From positions 393,671 through 457,670 of the forward strand of contig NMRA01000343.1 of the NCBI GenBank assembly GCA_002633005.1: 64,000 nucleotides of DNA. The letters run 5' to 3'. This document shows, piece after piece, positions 1 to 13,400 of this stretch (position 1 is the first letter of the stretch; the number at the start of each line of letters is the position of its first letter). Both the position numbers and the translations under genes were made by a program. Under the pieces are notes generated by a model that was given only the letters and a program-made list of their open reading frames with translations, was not told where the DNA came from and searched no databases. The stretch comes from Phoronis australis. Its lineage: Eukaryota; Animalia; Phoronida.

Positions 1-1818
1 CCCCGCAAATTTTGGGCCGCCTGTGCAAATAAAATCGCGCTTCGCCCAATTCCCCGAGGCAACATGTTGGGCTCCCCTTATGGTATCCTAGTTCCGGCAC
101 TGTACCGCTGTCTAGTGGGTAAGCGTAACGTAAAATCATTTAGTTGTATTGCAATAATTTCGAAAGTTTAGCACTTTCCTTAGAATAGCCCACTTGACCA
201 AGCACCACTTGTGTTCCATACGTTACCAAAACCTTGTACCTAGGTCAGTCTATGTAACTAAGAAAGTGGACTCTGCAAAATAACGACATTATTCTTAAGT
301 AAGAGACAAAGTTATTCTGAAACGTAGTTACTAGTTGTCAACATTCGCTAGTTAAACGGGACAATTAGGTTAAAACGCTGGACATCAGGATAAAAAGCGG
401 GACATCAGGGTCTATGCGAAAACGCAAAGGTGAAATGTAACACCCAAAAGCGCCCGTTGACGTTTTTTGTTTTTTAGGGGAATAGGGAATTGCGTTTGCG
501 GCCTAATCTATGAATCTCTCGTTTTTTTCCTTTAGTCGAACCGGAAAATAAGTCTATGCAGCGTGAAAATTACAATAGTATAAGATACATGTAATATTTC
601 AATTTCGTCGTGCGTAAAAAATCGGGACATTTTGGTTGTGTTGCCGGATGGCGAGGAACAACAAAAAGTGGGACAAATGCCCCAATATTGCGTATTCTAA
701 TCTTTTCAAACGAATGTTCTTGGTAACTTCATTACATTTAAAAGGGTTTCAAGAAGAAGTAATTACTGAGAATCCACATTTTAGAGATCATTGTGCTGGC
801 TGACATATCCATACACCATTTCACCCATTGAGTGTTCGTAATTGTCCGTGAGACAGAGGTTACACGGGCACAGGTAATGACATGGGTAATTCATGTGGTT
901 TTTAATGAAATATTCCAATTTGTGCACTATTTCAAGGCAGTTTAGCTTTTATTTATAAATAATTTTAGAATTTAAGATTCGAGACTATATGAAGCGGTCG
1001 AACCGAAAATTATTTTCTCGCTTTGAAGACAAAAGTCTACATCACAGGAGAGGCATCGAGTAAAATGCAAAAATGCAAAAAAAAAATCAAAATCGCGCGA
1101 TGGGCTATTTATGTGTCAAGTTTTGACTCACTTTTTGATCGGTTCGGCCGTCTTGAATGTCAGTGGTATAAGTTACGAGTTCAAAAGTGCTTAAACAATG
1201 TTTTCATTAATATTCTAGCAGTAAAATGTTGAGTTACACACCCTTGTCTACCATTGTGTTCAATCCAAGAGCTTACACCTGTGTAAACTTTAATCACGCA
1301 GGTGTAACTTATTGAGTGGTTAAAGTACTCACAATTCACGTTGGACAACATGGCGACTTTTGATGAACTGAAAAGCATGTTCAACCGGCTACGTTGTCAT
1401 CGTTGAAGATTTGGCTATAGTACATTTTTGTAGACACGCTGCTACAAATAAGCAGTTTGGTGCAATTTTACGGTGTTTGTGCCGTAACTATTTTGAATGT
1501 GAAGTACCCATTCAATTGACCTTGCTAAAATATTACATGTAGTTGAAATTGTTTTGAAATCGTTTTGTTTGTTTGAAAGTCAACTTTCGTTGAAGGTATG
1601 ATTATTTGTCACAACAGGACACTTTTTTTCTAAGTTTTATGCTTAAGTTGTGCATTTGATTCATGGTTTGTAACTAGTTACTTTCTGCTTCATGATATAT
1701 CAAAGCAACAAAATGTGACAAATGTTACTTGATTTACCTAAATGGGTTACAATTGGATCATGAAGTGTGAAGCTTACTCGGATCCTTCAACCTCATAGCT
1801 TCATATTTTTATGATCAT

Positions 1819-2074
1819 CATGCGCGCGCATCGAGCCTTTAATATGTGGGAGCTCGAATCCCTGGCAAAGTGGACCTTTTGCTAACAAAAAGCGGCAGGA
1901 CTAAAAAAACGGGGTACCAACTTCAGGCCTGTGAACTGTGCGTCTGCGCCATTTTGGTGGACTTTTGTCTCGTTTTTCTAGGACTTTTTGTTTCTCTGAG
2001 GCGGACTTTTATACCCACTTCGCCAAATTGGGGAGGGGGGGGGGCTCTTTCGAGCCCTCCTGGGTGCGCGCATG
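1819..2074. mobile_element. MITE-like dispersed repeat (CATGCGCGC...GCGCGCATG ends); related copy at about 3540-3763
   Basis: Short inverted termini; internal GACTTTTGTCTCGTTTT...TTTGTTTCTCTGAG...ACCCACTTCGCCAAAT shared by both copies. Confidence 0.6.
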
Positions 2075-2262
2075 ATTCATGCTGGTCAAATTTTAGTTTC
2101 AGGAGAAACCCTTTCATGGTACTCGGTCACCATGGAACAATTATGCTAGTCCAGTTTCGTATTTGACGTGATTTTGGTTCAGCCTCTATCGCTGAACTTT
2201 TCCAAAGTGCATTCTAAGTTACTTATGGTGGCAAAAGGTCGTTAGGATCAATTTAGTTTACA

Positions 2263-2535
2263 TGATAATTTGTACTGAGACCACTTTGCTGGATGTAAGC
2301 CTTAGCTATGATAATTTGTACTGAGACCACTTTGATGGATGTAAGCCTTAGCTATGATAATTTGTACTGAGACCACTTTGATGGATGTAAGCCTTAGCTA
2401 TGATAATTTGTACTGAGACCACTTTGATGGATGTAAGCCTTAGCTTTGATAATTTGTACTGAGGCCACTTTGCTAGATATAAGCCTTAGCTTTGATAATT
2501 TGTACTGAGGCCACTTTGCTAGATATAAGCCTTAG
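2263..2535. repeat. Minisatellite, about 6 copies of a 46-bp unit
   Basis: Unit TGATAATTTGTACTGAGACCACTTTGATGGATGTAAGCCTTAGCTA starting at 2263, 2309, 2355, 2401, 2447, 2493; head-to-tail with no spacers. Confidence 0.95.
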
Positions 2536-3281
2536 TTACAACTATGAAAATGTGTAATCCGTGCGTCTAATTTTTAAGACGTCATTTTTATCTCAAATGG
2601 GATTGTGAAAACAGGTGACAAAATCAGATTTGAGTGGAATCAGTTAAGCGATTAGCGTCCTGTAAAAATGACAAAATTCAGCTTAAAATGACTTTATGTA
2701 TTTTATGTAGTGATCATCACGTAATAAGGTAGACGTTATCGGGGCACACCATTAGTTAGCACCTGACGGGGGTAGGGTGAGGGGTAGGGGCACAGGTTAG
2801 ACTTGTGAACGGTTTCCAATGTGCTAAACGGTGTGGCAGCACAGGTTAAAATCATTCGGAAACATGCTTGGAAATGATATTAGTTTTTGGCCAAATTAGA
2901 AGAAAGAAGTGGAAAACAAAAAGGACGCTAGAGTGCAATATGTGGGAAGTTAACATTCTGTTACGATATTTTTTTTCTGTCTACTATTGTACCAGAGGAT
3001 GTCGACTTTTGATTAATATCGAAACGTCGTTCTCAAACATGCATGGCCAAATTTCAGGAAATTTCACCAAAGAAATCTAGATATAGAAACTGTCACAAGG
3101 GGGCCAGCAGTAGTCGAAGTATCGTAGGCCAAGTGCGACATTACAGTAATTATTCCTGGCTTCTGATTGGCTAAAAATTATTACTGGAATACTGAAATCG
3201 GACTTACGTTACACTTCGCCTATCGTATTTATTCCACAACGGCCTCATACGATCATTATGAACATAGTTTATACTTCTTAG

Positions 3282-3489
3282 GTATTCGAAGCTGATGTCT
3301 TCGATCCTGCTTCATTTCAAGAACGCCTGGTCGGCCATGATGCTGTCCTTTCGTGTTTGGGATATACGCAGACGATGTTTCCTAAGCGCCCTCTAACTTT
3401 CTATACAAGCACAATGAGAAGCATTGTAGAAGCTATGGATAAAGCAAACGTGAACAGAATAGTATGCATGACCACGTGGTGTACAAAGG
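3282..3489 (+). CDS. BLVRB: Flavin reductase (NADPH)/biliverdin reductase B-like protein, internal exon (N-terminal GxxGxxG exon not found in the window)
   Basis: ttag|GTA...AAG G|gtgagt; translates VFEADVFDPASFQERLVGHDAVLSCLG...YTSTMRSIVEAMDKANVNRIVCMTTWCTK, typical of NAD(P)-binding BLVRB-like atypical SDRs. Confidence 0.85.
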
Positions 3490-4063
3490 GTGAGTATAAG
3501 TACATGTGATATTGATTTGGTCACAGGACTTAAATTATACATGCACGCACCCAGCCTAAAAATGGGGGCTCGAATTTTTGAGATTGAGATTCACTGGGTA
3601 TCGTTCAGAGCTACATGTACATTCGTGAGTTGTGCATTCGCGGAATGTTGGTAGTTCCTGCCTTTTCAGTCGACTTTTGTCTCGTTTTCTATTTTCTCGG
3701 AGTTTTTGTTTCTCTGAGACGGACCTTTTTACCCACTTCGCCAAATGAGCTGGGCGCGCGCATGTTATACGGGGTCCAAAGCGGCACTCGTTTGAATGCA
3801 GACGGATTATATTTGACCACACGATTATTCAGTGCAATGACTTAAACGACATTAAGAGTTCTTATTGTGTCATTTCTCATGAAAATTGAAGACAGTTATT
3901 GAAAATTTTACTTGTCATAAATTTTAGAACATGGCCACCTATAATTGGTTTTGCGCATTTCTTCTCATCTTGAAATCATGAAAAGAATGTCAGAGATATC
4001 ACTTTTAAAATTGGAATTAAAATTTGATTCTGGAAAAAAATGAACAAAATTATGAATGGAGGC

Positions 4064-4486
4064 TGTTGTGTATCTTACTTTGTCAAATAAAGTAGACACT
4101 CCATGAACTACGCAGTGAAACGAACAGAATTAAACTGAACACTGAACTGATTTATTCTACATATCATCACAATATATATACACACAACTACATAACAACA
4201 TATGATGCGTTACCTATGACACACTTCCTGTACTAGGAATCGCATGACATAATACCAATTAAACTACTAAACTCATAAACAATAACAACCTACAAACATC
4301 CTGTTATTGTGTGACTAAGTACACAATACTCTCCCTCACTAAATATAAAGTAGGCTCGTGTTAAGAAAATAAACTACTCAAGTTCACTATATCAATTACA
4401 TGCACACTAACATATTAGTCATTATATCCAAATCTAACAGGTTGTTTTCTATTCCTTGTTTATTTGACAAAGTAAGATACACAACA
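4064..4486. mobile_element. 423-bp non-autonomous element with TGT...ACA ends, perfect 28-bp inverted termini and a 5-bp target site duplication
   Basis: TGTTGTGTATCTTACTTTGTCAAATAAA (4064-4091) is the exact reverse complement of 4459-4486; GAGGC flanks at 4059-4063 and 4487-4491. Confidence 0.85.
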
Positions 4487-4877
4487 GAGGCGAATACCGT
4501 TTCAATATGACTGATTTAAAACAATTTAAACATACTGTGTATCTCAGTTTTCACGAAATGCTCACCCTCACAGTCACGTTTACATCTGCTGGACGAGTCT
4601 GACACACATGGTCTTTGGGTAACCACTCAGAAAGAAGTAGAGAGGCGACAGGTTTAGTGATCGAGGAGGCCGTCCACACTGCTATTGAACTGCTGTTGCT
4701 CAGCGAGAGTACGTTGTTCTGGTGCACCATCCTAGATACACTAAACACGGAACGACGCCGATGCGTTGATCAGAATTGGAGAATTGTTGGGTTTATACAT
4801 TACTGGATGTAATTTACTTTCGCTCTTTAGATTTAGTGCACAGAAAAGTCCGCACAGAAGTTGATTTGTTATTTCAG

Positions 4878-5039
4878 ACAATCCCGGCCAGCCGTTTGTC
4901 ATTGAATGGATCATGAAGCCGTTGTTTTTGGGAAGGTTTACCAAAGACATGGGGGAAATGGAAGACTTTCTACAGGAGCGTGAGGGTGTAAATGTCACGG
5001 TAGTGAAACCAGCGCAGCTCACAAACGACGTCGATCCAG
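4878..5039 (+). CDS. BLVRB: BLVRB-like internal exon
   Basis: tttcag|AC...CCA G|gtttg, phase 1-1, in frame with neighbours; DNPGQPFVIEWIMKPLFLGRFTKDMGEMEDFLQEREGVNVTVVKPAQLTND (DM..ME and T.V.P..L motifs). Confidence 0.85.
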
Positions 5040-6971
5040 GTTTGTCCTGTTATTTTCTAGGGATGAGTCCGTACACGAAACTTAATAAACTGAACCGGTG
5101 TGGCAGTATTTTACTTACGATAAAGCGGACGAAAAACGAGTACAATACGATATGTTTCACCAAACTGTCATGTGCAATCACAGTGACTCCCTTGATTCGA
5201 TGCCATGGTCTATTTCAGCAGGTGTTCGTTGCTATGAATTTTTGATTTAAAATGACATGTCGAAACAGCATAAAATTAGATAACAGAGACTGGTAAAACA
5301 CTTGAAAATCCAGTAAAATAAGGCATGCATATATTAAAGAAACTAGCTTTCGAGCCTTAATGGGTGCGGGTCTTAATCAGCCAATTAGTTTTATAGGCCT
5401 TTTAATTCAAACATAAATTTTCAACTATACAATACGATTTCTATTTGCGTACAAGTTTTAATCCCAAAGTTTGAGATCATTTAGTGCATTGATCTGGTCA
5501 TTTAGTGCATTTTCATCTGAGATTTAAACTCGCTTCATCATTCATCCTAAATTCCATTGCGTCGACAATTAAACGTCTGTGGTTCTCAGCACTACAATTC
5601 TTCTGCTGCAAGATGGACATGAAACGCTTATCGTTACGCACGTGGCTCCGTGTTTATCGGTCTCGTCCGGTTCTTCACGGAATCTCCATAAGCTGTATTT
5701 ATTAGCGTCTCTCATCAATAAAGTGTAGTGTATTATTTCAGTGGTCGACCCCAACTTGTCTATTGATGCTACTTAGTGAAAATCTCAAGTTGCCAATGGA
5801 AAATTGAGAAGGGTCAGAGGTCGCCGACTAGAAAAAGGAAAATAAAAACGTCGTGCTGCTGTCACCATTATTAAAAATTACGCATATCTGTTCCATTTTT
5901 CCGTAAATATTCACCACTCGCTGGGTACTGCAGCAAACATTACCCTTCACGCGACAAATTGCCGCGTCAGACGATCCAAAGCTGTCGTATATTCCATCAG
6001 CCAACAGCGTTGACTCTCCGATCACTTACACATATTTAAAAGACTTCATAATTTATTCATATGTATTTCCGAGTTGTATTTGAGTTTCCTAATCCTAACT
6101 CTATCTTACTGAATCCTTCTTACCTACGGAGAACGCAGAAAATTTGAAACACTGGAGAGCGTTTCATGGTCTGACCTTGCCCGATTTTTGCCGAACACTA
6201 CCGACTTCCGTTTGTTTACGCACTTCGCGTTGTATTCTGAGCGCGTGCTGATTTCACGACTCAAACAGAACAGTTGTGAACTTAAAAGGATACCAAACCC
6301 GTTTTTGACCCATTAACAGTTACTAAAACGGCTTTCCCCGGAAACGAAAAGATACTCTCTAACCCTCGACAACCCTAAAAATTTGAAAACTCTTTTCAAA
6401 GTCTGCTGAACGGGCAAGCGTGACCTACGCTTTTGCGAATTACACGGCAACTGTGGGAAAAGACCACTCACCAAGGACCGTAATGTCCAATTTGTGAAAT
6501 AGTGAGTATGAGTCTTTAGTTGATTCCTGCTTTTATTTTTCAAGATTGACACCAATGATGCATTAACAGGTAACAGAAGGAGGCTTGATTGACATCAAAA
6601 CAGAGTTTAGTAACCTTTTAAGTTACTGAATTTAGGAAAAACATTAATTTAAAGTTTCAAAGTCACCATTAATTTACAAACAAGTTTTGGGTGAATTTGT
6701 CTGACATTGTTACTCGCTGTAGGGACTACTTCGTGGCGACTTGAGATTTTCTTAGGTTGTCAAACACATTGGCGAGCTCATTGCAGGTCGTCATATCGAG
6801 TGATGACTACCATTGCCGTAATGACACCAAATACCATCCTTATGTCTGTTATACTTGTTATATTCATACGCATCCATGTACGTGACGCATCACACTACCA
6901 CTGCCACTACCTTTACAACTATACACTCGTTATCACTGCATAATATGCTATCACTGTCATCATCACGATCA

Positions 6972-7063
6972 CAGGGGCGGATCCTGGATTGTGAGTTNAA
7001 TGGGATCTGGTACAATTTTAGGGGGGGCCGTGGCCCCATTGGCCCCCCCTAAATCCGCCACTG
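6972..7063. mobile_element. Short MITE remnant (CAGGGGCGGAT...ATCCGCCACTG)
   Basis: Inverted termini with internal G and C runs. Confidence 0.6.
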
Positions 7064-7626
7064 GATCATGCGCAGACTTGGTAATGCCTTCATAGGTAGT
7101 TACCTTTTAGTTAACGATTGTACCCGTCGTGTCGCCTTACAAACGCTAAATTCTCATTAACTTTGTTGCCACAGTGCTAATTTACGCACACTAAAAAAAT
7201 AAAAAGCTAAGCTTCATTTAAAATAAATGCAGCTCCTGAGAATGACGTCATTCGGTACAGTCATTGTCATATTGCTAGCGTTATCCCACTTCAAAACTTG
7301 GAAATTAATTGCAACTTTTATTGGCGTACCCGTAAATCGTACAATGTCGCCACTTTCAAAACTCCTGCCTGTCTCATCATGATCCCACCGTTTCCTATCT
7401 GTCATCTGTCGTCCATATTTTCCATTTGAAGATCCGTACTTCACATTTAGGACTCATTCTTCCCATTTGAAGGACCGTCTTTCCCATTTTGGTCTGTCCT
7501 TCCCATCTCTGCTTCCACTTTTATACTGGGTGATATTTGTACAAAACAAAACGTTGCACTGTAAGAGGCGTAAATGTTGTCGTCGTGTGAGAACTAAAAA
7601 ACATCGCCTTGCCACTGAATCAGTCT

Positions 7627-8233
7627 GTCACGGTTTTCTCGTGGATGGGTGGGCGCAGGTTGTTACTGACAGTCGCTAACAGCTTTTGATGCGACGATAG
7701 GCTAAAGTTAGTTTCGATTTAAGCACTTTATTAATCTCAACCGTATGTTCACACGCCCACTCAAACAAAACGACCGATGTAATGTCTGTTATATGCTCCA
7801 GACAGTGCTGTATTGAACTTTTGAAACATTTCCAGCAACTGTTACTCCCGTTAACTCAATGACTTGCTGTCCCTATAGCTGGCTCCCTATTGGCTAACGT
7901 AACTGATGCTGATTCTGCAAATGCCACTCAGTTGTAACTTAAACTCGACTCAACTGACTCAGCTTCAACTTCAACTTGAATTAAACTGATTTTCAACTTA
8001 ATTTCCACTTTTACTGACTAACTGTCACTAACCGGTGCCTGGGTATATAAGTCTCCTACAATGTTCTGGAACTTTTCACCAATTAAAGCACAATCTAAAA
8101 CTTTCCAGAATCTACCCAATCATTCTAAATCACTTAGAGGTTCTAGAATGTTCCAGACTATATCAATCACTTACATACTGGAATCTTCTAAAATGTTCCC
8201 TGCTATTTTATTGCAAACAAATTACATCGTCAC
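7627..8233 (-). mobile_element. Probable solo LTR
   Basis: TGTCACG and CGTCAC termini, TATA-like box near 8044-8050, minus-strand AATAAA near 7727-7732, strong strand skew; no clean target site duplication. Confidence 0.45.
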
Positions 8234-8487
8234 TGTCCTGACCTCATTGATAATGTTCATCAAGTGTAGAGCATTAAAATAGAACAAATTAATCACAAAA
8301 CAGTGTCAGTCTACTCCTGGCATAGTCTATGCGCCGACAAGGTTCATGTCTTGAACAAATAGCTTTTGCAACCAATTATTCCCGTTGAATAGAACGTGGC
8401 TTTATAGTGCAGTCAAGTATTTTTGATGAGTTTTTACTTTTCAAAAATTTATGCATGACATATATTTAAGACTTCTCTTCTTTATAG

Positions 8488-8648
8488 GTGACGAAATTAA
8501 AGTGGAGGTTGGACAGTTTGTTCCCTACACATTTTGGAGAGGTGTCACAGGAAAGGCGTTCCTAATCCCTCGTGCAAAAGTGGGACGTTTCATGCTAGAT
8601 TGTTTGGAAACCACTGAATACGACAACAAATTGGTATCTATTGCCTGA
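8488..8648 (+). CDS. BLVRB: BLVRB-like terminal coding exon
   Basis: tttatag|GT phase 1; GDEIKVEVGQF...IPRAKVGRFMLDCLETTEYDNKLVSIA* resembles the I.R.DVA.FML..L....Y motif. Confidence 0.85.
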
Positions 8649-10390
8649 CTTTGAATGTGGGCTCGCGATTCACCAAAAGGCATCACCAACATGAGGATGT
8701 GTAGCATAGTTAATGTACTTTAGACCAATTATTAATACCCACGCGTCTTAAGTTAATCTACGATATCCTGAACTACAGACATCGTTTGCTTCGGAGGAAA
8801 TAAAATTTGTAGCCTGCTGTTGATTTGTGAAAGTTAGAAATCATATCTACATGCAAAAATATGTACAGTTAACTTTCCATTGAAGCTTTGTGAATCAGGA
8901 AGCAGTTTACCAGTGCCCTAACACCTTCTATTCATGACCTTCCAATTAGGTGCACACTGACTTAGCCAGAAGTATTGAACAGAGGTCCATACTCAAAAGT
9001 TATTGACGAATAGACAAGTACTACCACATTAGCACAAATTTGGTAAGATACATGTTTTTAATATTGATAATTCAATGGATTATCTTAAGGTGGTCAAAAT
9101 ATGAACAGGCAACTATTAAAAGCATATTTTCGAAAAAAAATCGTCAAATAAAAATTTCAGACAAGAGCTCTGGTGTGACCATACCCCGTTCTTTGCAAAA
9201 AACAACATCCAGTCGACGGTCGCTCCGCATTTTCAATCAGTTGCATCGTTTGGCTGTCAAGGTGGACCCCTCATGAATACGTTTGGTAAAATACCAAAGG
9301 ACAAATGTTTCCACTATGCGGTGTTTGCATCGGACTTGCTTCGTCGGCACCAAGACACTTATCCCAAAAAGTAAATTGTCTTAGAAAGTCATGTTACCCA
9401 GTCTTGAAGGGTCCAACTCTACCATCGCACAGTAATGACGTTGTATACCTTGTGAACGCTTGAAATCCAACTTTGTAAATCGAACTTTTCTTGTACACCG
9501 AAATTTTATTTATTTCATGAGTACACGTAAATACAATAAATAGGTAATGTTGCTGCTGAAAAATCGAATTCACATTTTATCTGGGTAAGAAGTATGAATT
9601 ATGAACAAGTGAATTATTTTAAAAACAATATAAAACTGCAATGATGTATAGTATGTTTACACAAAGCTTTGCACAACTTTGATAATTGTTTTAACCAGTT
9701 AAAGCTGATTTTCAACAGCTAAAGCTGGTTAAAGATGAAAGTCAACTTCGGTATTTTACTCTTATAAAATTGGTATCGTAATATTCCTTACCGCGGAAGG
9801 ATTCTATTTTTGTTACCAAGCAAAATCTCCTAAAATTAAGAATTCGAAAACGATGCATGTACGCACTGCCTCTGACTTGAATTGCCTGGCGCATTCGACA
9901 GTAGTTCAAGATCGGATAAGTGTTTAAATGTTTTAAACACCCGTTTGAAGCGTTTTGTTTAAGAAATTAAACGTTGACAGCTAAACAGGAGCAAACTGTA
10001 GCTTTAAAAGACTTTGGAGACTGTCTGCTAAAATTCGAATACACTAATTTTTAAACTACATACAATAACATAACGTAAACAAAAATAACAATTCTGTCTC
10101 ATAAAGCGACACTAACGAATGTGCTGCTCAAAATAATAACAGTATTTTCGCAATATTAAGTAAAATATGAGCCCTCAATGACCCGGTCCTTTTTCTGCAA
10201 TGTTTGCATAACTAATAACAGTCTGGTCACGCAGGCCTTGCAGTCGCTCTCAAACAGCGTTCTTGTCAGAGTGACCTCTAAATGTATTGACATCTCACTC
10301 TCTGTAATGGAAACGTTGATCAAATGTGTTAGAAATATCTTCCGTCTTTGGCGCTTCTTGCTTGAACTTAATTGTGACCTCACGTGACAG

Positions 10391-10456
10391 TCAAACGTTC
10401 GTCTGCGTACCTTCAGTCCCCGATGACATCACCTGGATGGCTGGTGAGTATTGGAG
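10391..10456 (-). CDS. iGluR putative terminal coding exon with PDZ-binding motif
   Basis: tattttcag| phase 0; [21 protein letters not shown] ends in T-x-V. Confidence 0.65.
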   Translation of the reverse strand, partial: LQYSPAIQVMSSGTEGTQTNV

Positions 10457-13400
10457 CTGAAAATAGATTTGGGCTTATGAAATTGACGACCCGGCAATGT
10501 AGGGCACCCCATTGGGTGCCCTGAAATTGTCTTCTTTGAAACGTTTCAATCTACTGAACAAGCTCGAACTTTAAATGATCTACTTGGAAATTGAAAATGT
10601 TTAAAAACCATGCACGCTTTATTGAAATCCCAATAAAATATTAATTGATGAAATCTCTAGAGGCCACTTTGCCTAAGTAACTTCTAAAATAAACTGTAGA
10701 TATTAGCCTTATTAAAGAAAGTTGAATGTTGTAGAAATCTGAACTCAAACTATTATTGACGTTTCAATTCTCATCAAATCTGTAAAGTCAATACTTCAAC
10801 AGAGGGTGACTTGAAAACTGAAGGCACAAAATAAGCCACTGTTATTGCTTTGCACTACTTTGGCGGAAGCGTTCACTTCTACGAGGCCTGTTCACAAAAT
10901 TCTAAAAAATCACAAAATTGTAGAAAGTCTGTCTTTGTTTGACTGCGTGTTTATGAGGGCACATTTCTCCTACCGGAAACCCTCTTCATCGGGATTTATT
11001 TTCTATATCGGATTTTATAACCGAGCATGTGTACATGTTGAAAAGCTATCTCGTGCATATTATTTTGCCTACAGTCCGAACTCTGGATACTTGCGAATGT
11101 TCGGAACAAACGTGCAAACTAGGTTTGGTTCTACAAGAAACTGGTTTATGATGAGGTATAGAGAACTGGGTGACATCGACGAAAGTAAGGTGCGGGGGTA
11201 CTGCGTGCAGAGTACGTTGGATCCCGAGTATTAGAGTAGGGTAGATACTGGTTTGACAGATGGTGGTGATGTCAAAATTGATTGAGATCAAAGGACGACC
11301 AGCGAGATTGAACAGCACGTGCACTAGTTAAAGATTGAACAAAACGCTTATTTGGTTCTTATTTGCGCCAGACTCATTTTTGAAGCCGCTCACATCTTTT
11401 TTTATCAACAATAATATATTTTTTTTCACACTCTCACAAATACATTCAACATTCAAGTCATGTTACCTCAGCTAAGTCGCTACCTGAAATGACCATAAAT
11501 CAAGGGTGTGTAGGAAGATTTTCTGCCGGAACATTCGGGTTTATGAAAAGCTTATACAAACACGAATGGATAATTTCGAAAACTGTAACAGTGTTCTCGC
11601 AATTTCACTTTGAATATTTGTCAGTGACACATTTTGTTTTTCGATGAAAAAACACTGTACCTCGGATCAGTTTTGCTGGAAATTCTCTGCTCAAGTGACC
11701 CAATCATTGGCAGACTGGTATTAAGTCGTCAGTTAAATCTAACACATTTATTAATTAATTTAACTAGTATATGTTTGTAGATTGTTGGTGAAAAGTTCTA
11801 GAACACTGCATTAGTCGATAAATACACATTCAAGCACGGGTTTGGATTAGTAAGAAAAAGCATTAAAGCAGTTAAGCAGTTAAAGAGTTGCAGTGAAGAG
11901 AATCAGCAGTTACAACGAGAGCCAATGAAGAGCCAGCTATAAAGACAGCAGGTTATTTGAATCAGCGAGTGTATCAGTTGCTGGATGTCTCAGAAGTTCA
12001 TCACAAGTCAAGGCTTCGCAGCACTGGCTGGAGGTAATCGGCTCGGTTTTTGAAAAATAGGAAATGACAACTTCGTCAATTATTTTCGTGCGAAATAAGC
12101 GAGAAATTACCGTACACTGAGCAGTAGGAAATCGAGTTTTCTGAGGGAACTGGTTAGTACATGCTGTTTGTCGTTTGTAAGGCGTTACAGATTAAAGAGG
12201 CATGGAACGCGAAAGCTCGCCAAAATGTCTTTTAAACAATTCCTTACCAAAGTACCATTTTGCAACGTGTAGTACAGAATAATTCACTTTCCCCAGGGAG
12301 GAAATTTCCAGGAAAAATCGCAAAATTTACGATTTTGGAAATATGCGCGAAGGAAAAACTCTGTGGTTACCTCAGTGTTTCTAATTTCCCTCCCACTTAT
12401 GATAAATGCGCGCATGTACTCACAGTCAGTTGCTTGAAGTCGCCTTCCAGGCCTCTTTAAGGTCAGATATCGACCAATGACATAGGTCAACAACACAAGT
12501 TCAGGGGGGGGGGGGCATTCACGACTTCCAATGGGCACAACATTCTCACGAAAACATAAAATCACCTAACTATCGCAAGTCGGCCATTTTGGTAGTTGCA
12601 TAAAAGGAAAACACATGAATAAACTGCAGAGTTTCAACTTTGTTTCCGCTTGTATAATTAAGTGCACTTGATTCACTCTGGCTGTTCATTCGTGTCAACT
12701 AGCTAAGACACCTGATTGGATCTCGAAGACGACTTCCGGTTTTTAAACCAATCAGATGTCTTGACCGGTTGATAACGAAGTAAATTAAGTGCAGCCACTG
12801 CCTACATATGAAACGCAGGGCAAGTAAATTAAAGCTGTTGACTTGCTCCTTACACTAGTAAGAAACGATTGCTAGTGGACTTCAGAAAACTGATCAGCCG
12901 GGTAAAAAGGCAACTGGTTCAGCATCAGTCTCCAGCAGTTAGGACCTTTCTGTTCTTTTCAGAGACCACTTACAATCTAAGCAAGGAACAAGTAGTGACA
13001 GCTTTAATAATTCACGGAAAGATGCAGCAATCAAAACTTACTCTTTTAGAAGAAAGTGGGTTTGCGGCTCAAGTCTAAATGCACCCTCTTGTATCGTGTA
13101 ATGTTTTTGCATCACCAACGACTTTCCATGGAATTGTGAATTTAGTCAAAATACTTCCTTCTATAGAATCAGAAAGTGGTGGCGTCATGCCGTAAAGCAC
13201 AGCAAGTGTCGAAAACGTAGAAAATCAGCACGTTCACACAAATATCATTGAGTCAATAGTTATTGTAGTTCAGTCGTTAGTCCACATGATTTTTTCGTAA
13301 TGTGGTGTCGAGGAGACAGAAACATTAATTTTTTGATTGACGAAATGATAGCGAGTGGTTCAGTGACCACCGTTTCTAGCTGGCCTTTTGTTCAATTAGA

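Noticed and set aside
2263-2535. Regular 46-bp repeats resembling a CRISPR array
   Set aside because: Head-to-tail units with no unique spacers, no cas genes and a eukaryotic context; it is a minisatellite
1-3281. First BLVRB-like exon (GATGxTG motif) and promoter
   Set aside because: No matching reading frame found by eye; it probably lies upstream of the window
10845-11324. Overlapping 129-aa and 92-aa ORFs in the last iGluR intron
   Set aside because: No recognisable domain and no supported splice sites
11783-12005. Possible short solo LTR (TGTTGGTGAA...TTCATCACA with a TATA box)
   Set aside because: No target site duplication or second copy to support it
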